From: an uncultured Anaerolineales bacterium
Lineage (GTDB): Bacteria > Chloroflexota > Anaerolineae > B4-G1
Length of the DNA: 64,000 bases
Direction of reading: 5' to 3'
Assembly: GCA_964450435.1 (NCBI GenBank)
Contig: CAYVCX010000008.1
Coordinates: forward strand, 6,548 to 70,547
The notes under the pieces were generated by a model. It was not told where the DNA came from. It was given only the letters and a program-made list of their open reading frames with translations, and did not search any database. Shown here one piece after another: positions 60,930 through 64,000 of this stretch. Made by a program: the position numbers and the translations under genes. Numbering within the stretch: the first letter of the stretch is position 1; each line of letters starts with the position of its first letter.

Positions 60930-61295
60930 TTATGCCTCTTCCTGTTCGAGCTCCTGGATGCGGCCGGTGATGGCGTCCAGCGACTCGCGCAGCCGCTCAG
61001 CGTGCGTCCGCAGGGTAGTGGCCTCCTGCTCCTTGGTCGGCGCAGGACCGTACGGCGGATATCCTGCTGGAGCTGCGTAGCCGGCTCCGTACCGTGCCCA
61101 GAAGGGCAGCCCAGTCGCGTAGTAGCCCCGTCGCCACCCGCGACCCCAACCGCCGCCCCAGCCACGGCCCCAGCCATTGCTCATGCGGGCCCCCGGGTTG
61201 GCGTAGCCCGGCATGCCGTACCCGGAGCAGTACCCGGCGGCTCGTCCTGTCATCGGTCCCATACCCATGGGCCCGGTTCCGTCTCCTGCTGGCAT
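60930..61295 (-). CDS. DUF5320-like small Gly-rich protein (MPxGDGTGPMG...GYC motif) with C-terminal coiled coil
   Basis: MPAGDGTGPMGMGPMTGRAAGYCSGYGMPGY, then WGRGWGGGWGRGW, then ...ERLRESLDAITGRIQELEQEEA. AAGGAGGT RBS. Confidence 0.55.
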   Translation of the reverse strand: MPAGDGTGPMGMGPMTGRAAGYCSGYGMPGYANPGARMSNGWGRGWGGGWGRGWRRGYYATGLPFWARYGAGYAAPAGYPPYGPAPTKEQEATTLRTHAERLRESLDAITGRIQELEQEEA

Positions 61296-61439
61296 GTCCT
61301 CATACCTCCTTGGCAACGTGCCTCACCCTAGGCTTCTCACTTCCTCGATTCTGCTGCTCCCAGCAGATGTCCGATCCGCCCGCAGTACGTGCTGTACATC
61401 CCCTTCATCATCGACTTTCGTCGTCCGTACTGTGTCTGG

Positions 61440-61685
61440 CTAGCACCCGACACGTCCTCGGCCTCGGCCCCAGCCACCGCGAAAGCCCCTGGCGAGGCCC
61501 CAGCGCGGCCGCCTACGGCCGTAGAGCGGTCGACGGACCTCGTACGCCGGCCGCAAGTGTGCCGCCAGCGGAGGCCGGTAGGTGCCGTATCCTCTCGACA
61601 CGGGGCTGACGGGATTGCACCATCCCCGTGCACCTCCGGTCATCGGTCCTCTGCCGCTTGGCCCAGTTCCATCGAACGCTGGCAT
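61440..61685 (-). CDS. DUF5320-like small protein paralogue (N-terminal motif conserved, C-terminus divergent/truncated)
   Basis: MPAFDGTGPSGRGPMTGGARGWC. GGAGGAGGTG RBS. Spacing of ~385 nt matches a tandem unit. Confidence 0.4.
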   Translation of the reverse strand: MPAFDGTGPSGRGPMTGGARGWCNPVSPVSRGYGTYRPPLAAHLRPAYEVRRPLYGRRRPRWGLARGFRGGWGRGRGRVGC

Positions 61686-62067
61686 AGTTCTCACCTCCTC
61701 CAGTCTCTTGGTTGGCACGCCGGCCCATCGGCCTGCCGGTTCCTGCTGCTACTTCCCAACGCCCGGGCGGAGCCATCGTCTGGGTGCGGTCAGCGTACCC
61801 CGGCGTCCTCGCCCCCCTGCCGCGCAGTCGCCCTCGCCAGAAGGTGGGAAATCGCCACACGGTACGTCGTGACCAGGAGGGTCGCGTCGGTAGTCGGCGC
61901 GCCGACCATCCCAGCGATGCCCTCACATGCACCGAGCGGCCCTGCTGGCCTGCGTAGCCGACAGTCGGTTCTCCTGGCGCGTCGGGCAGTTTCACGGCAC
62001 AGTATCCCTCTCCGCGCCCACTGAACGGACCTTCGCCCAGTGGCCCTGTTCCGTCAAACCTCGGCAT
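61513..62067 (-). CDS. DUF5320-like small protein paralogue, probably frameshifted (track ORF over-extends across the next gene's RBS)
   Basis: MPRFDGTGPLGEGPFSGRGEGYCAV with GGAAGGAGGTG RBS at 62067. The downstream ~100 aa are R/W-rich and overlap paralogue B, so the true 3' end is unclear. Confidence 0.3.
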   Translation of the reverse strand: MPRFDGTGPLGEGPFSGRGEGYCAVKLPDAPGEPTVGYAGQQGRSVHVRASLGWSARRLPTRPSWSRRTVWRFPTFWRGRLRGRGARTPGYADRTQTMAPPGRWEVAAGTGRPMGRRANQETGGGENYASVRWNWAKRQRTDDRRCTGMVQSRQPRVERIRHLPASAGGTLAAGVRGPSTALRP

Positions 62068-62124
62068 ATCTCTCACCTCCTTCCTCACCATACTCTATCA
62101 AGGCGCGCCCTTACCGTGCCTGGT

Positions 62125-62562
62125 TCAGTCATAGGCGAGTCGGATTTCCTCATCAGTCAGCACGTGCGCGATCCGCTTCTGCCAAGCCGGAGAGCGCCAC
62201 GTGCTCAGTGCCTGGTGCGTCACGTAGTAATTCTGGGGGATTGGATGCGTGCCGATTACCACCTCCAGACCGTATTTGGCCGGCATGAAATCACAGAATG
62301 CCTGCAGGCGCGGGCAGGGTGGGTAGCCTACCACCAACCCGGTGGCCAGGTGAATCACCTCCGCCCCGTTCTTCTTCATCTCCGCGGGGGCGTACTCTAC
62401 GTTGCCGCCGGGACACCCGCCGCACGTGGCGTAGCCGACCAGCTCAATCTCCTCGGCTTCGTATAGGGCGAACGCCCCTTCGCGACTTCTCAGTGAGCGC
62501 AGGCACTTCCCACCTGCACACGTGTGGTAGCGGTGACAGATGATAATCCCGATCCGTTTCAC
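62125..62562 (-). CDS. CGGC domain-containing protein
   Basis: Cys pattern including the eponymous YATCGGCPG motif. Confidence 0.6.
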   Translation of the reverse strand: MKRIGIIICHRYHTCAGGKCLRSLRSREGAFALYEAEEIELVGYATCGGCPGGNVEYAPAEMKKNGAEVIHLATGLVVGYPPCPRLQAFCDFMPAKYGLEVVIGTHPIPQNYYVTHQALSTWRSPAWQKRIAHVLTDEEIRLAYD

Positions 62563-63443
62563 AGCTGCTTCTCCTTATGGTATCCACGACTGTCCTTTTC
62601 GTCCCTCCCCTGGTGCAAAATCAGGCTTCTCACCCGCACGCCCAGATCCCTGGCGATGACCGGGCACTTCGTCTGGAGCAGGAAAAAAAGCTGCGATCCC
62701 TCCTCGCTCAGCGTCTCGTAGTTTGCCTGTCCCTTGGCGATGACCAGTTCGGACTCCTCATATAGGCCGCGGAAAGGCTCCGAACACGTTTCCAAGATTG
62801 TGCCTGGGGCGTCTGAGCCATTGCTCATCACCTCCGCTACCTGATCCACACCGGCGGCTTGTGCGTCCTCCATCGTGGCATCGTTAATGGTGGGATGCCC
62901 TTTGACGGCGTAGACGACTGGTGGGTCGATGGTCTCGATCAACAGCCGATCGAAGACTGTCTCCCCGGCGTTGTCAGCCAGGTAGAGCACCTCCTGAGCT
63001 TCGTCGAGGGCGGTGCGGAAAACTTCCCCATCGTCGATGCCGAACGGCTCCTCTAGCACGCGCTTGACCTCTTCCCGCAGATCATATTCTGCGTCTGCGG
63101 CCATATCGATGATGTTCCCCGCGATGCTGAGTCGCACCGCCGCCTCCAGCCAGTCTTCCGCGTCAGCCAGCAGCTGTTCCATCCACGGATAGAGCGCCAA
63201 CGCTTCCTCAGTGCTGCACGCTTTGGCAGCCCGGTATGGATCGTCGGCGCCGGTCTCCTGCCTGACGATGCGGTGAACCTGGTGGGTGATCTGTGGAGGC
63301 GTGATCAACAACGGGGAGTTCTTCAGCACGTCCAGCACTCGTCCGAGGATTGCTCTCAGTTCTCGGTCATCCGCCCCCGCCACTCGTGCGGCATCCAGAG
63401 CCTGGCGTAGGAAGCACGGATAGCAGTCGAGATAGGTTCTCAC
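62559..63443 (-). CDS. DUF89 / ARMT1-like damage-control phosphatase family protein
   Basis: N-terminus MRTYLDCYPCFLRQAL (C..C). Conserved D/N metal-binding region (YLADNAGE, GQANYE). Confidence 0.65.
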   Translation of the reverse strand: MRTYLDCYPCFLRQALDAARVAGADDRELRAILGRVLDVLKNSPLLITPPQITHQVHRIVRQETGADDPYRAAKACSTEEALALYPWMEQLLADAEDWLEAAVRLSIAGNIIDMAADAEYDLREEVKRVLEEPFGIDDGEVFRTALDEAQEVLYLADNAGETVFDRLLIETIDPPVVYAVKGHPTINDATMEDAQAAGVDQVAEVMSNGSDAPGTILETCSEPFRGLYEESELVIAKGQANYETLSEEGSQLFFLLQTKCPVIARDLGVRVRSLILHQGRDEKDSRGYHKEKQL

Positions 63444-64000
63444 TCGTCATTCTCCTCAGAGACACTCTTCCTCGCTGCCAGACGGTCCACCACCTGTTCT
63501 GCGATCGGCTCGAAGACCTCGATGGTGCATGTCTCGATCCTCCCGACGTCGCAGTGGTGAGAGATCTCTGGATCCAGCGGGATGCGCCCCAGGAGTGGCA
63601 CCCCCAGCTCCGATGCTGTGTAGGCGGCCTGGCTCGGTCCGAAGACCTCGATCCTTGCGCCGCAGTCGGGGCAGGTAGCATAGCTCATGTTCTCCACCAG
63701 GCCCAGGATGGGCGCCCCCATCTGCTTGGCCATACGCGCCGCCTTCCGCACCACCATTCCCGCCAGATCCTGTGGTGATGTTACCAGCACCACCCCTCCG
63801 AGCGGGATCGACTGCATCACCGTCAGCGAGGCATCCGACGTTCCAGGCGGGAGATCGACCACCAGATAATCGAGCTTCCCCCAGACCACCTCGTTCCAGA
63901 ACTGTTTGATGACACTGCTGATCAGCGGCCCTCGCCAGATGACGGCCTCATCCTCGCTCGGGAGCAGCAGGTTGATCGACATGACCTTGACGCCCTGCTC
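63440..64000 (-). CDS. Mrp/NBP35 family Fe-S cluster carrier ATPase (ApbC-like); N-terminal P-loop part lies beyond window end
   Basis: AVIWRGPL...LDYLVVDLPPGTSD...VLVTSPQDLA...VENMSYATCPDCG is canonical for Mrp. The ORF remains open to the window edge. Confidence 0.7.
   Translation of the reverse strand, partial: EQGVKVMSINLLLPSEDEAVIWRGPLISSVIKQFWNEVVWGKLDYLVVDLPPGTSDASLTVMQSIPLGGVVLVTSPQDLAGMVVRKAARMAKQMGAPILGLVENMSYATCPDCGARIEVFGPSQAAYTASELGVPLLGRIPLDPEISHHCDVGRIETCTIEVFEPIAEQVVDRLAARKSVSEENDE

Noticed and set aside
1-64000. CRISPR arrays, IS elements, integrases and prophage genes
   Set aside because: No regularly spaced direct repeats, transposase or integrase motifs, or phage structural genes were seen anywhere in the window.

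Overview
This is a high-GC (about 65%) bacterial chromosomal segment with dense coding. Taxon cannot be assigned from sequence alone.

Plus-strand block, 1-20.1 kb:
- Three translationally coupled tandem paralogues of a GT39/PMT-ArnT-like membrane glycosyltransferase. Each carries C-terminal repeated ~110-aa domains.
- These are followed by an O-antigen-ligase-like gene, an M50 protease, an HD hydrolase, tyrA, a GT4 glycosyltransferase, an ABC-2 (Wzm-like) permease and priA.
- A 403-aa all-coiled-coil protein is immediately followed by selB.

Middle, 20-41 kb:
- rarA (minus strand).
- An AmmeMemoRadiSam A/B pair.
- A DUF3048 lipoprotein.
- A 754-aa methyltransferase-like protein with a Zn ribbon and degenerate catalytic motifs.
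- A four-subunit 2-oxoacid:ferredoxin oxidoreductase (korDABG).
- A Fur-controlled fur-feoA-feoB-yibEF-feoC iron-uptake operon.
- ald plus a CoA-transferase.
- rimO, a RodZ-like gene, rplI, tRNA-Leu(UAA) and tRNA-Cys(GCA).

An ORF-less 1.9 kb region with lower GC lies at 41.3-43.2 kb. It carries two striking AT-rich palindromes that share a CGATATTGT half-site.

The right 21 kb is one co-directional minus-strand block:
- A radical SAM gene.
- A frameshift-disrupted NAD-kinase-like/HisC-like fusion, plus a broken CBS gene.
- A long Hdr-like operon. It encodes a double-length HdrA, two mvhD, two FrhB/FdhB-like genes, a canonical trxB, an HdrC-like polyferredoxin, a ferredoxin, an OsmC-like gene and an FmdB-like gene. 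There is no HdrB.
- An MFS transporter, an MBL-fold protein and a CoA-disulfide-reductase-like gene.
- A NifX-like / DUF5320 x3 / CGGC / DUF89 / Mrp-ATPase cluster.

Other observations:
- Several extended -10 and canonical sigma70-like promoters stand out as AT islands.
- No CRISPR arrays or obvious mobile elements were seen.
- Some local frameshifts could be assembly indels rather than biology.
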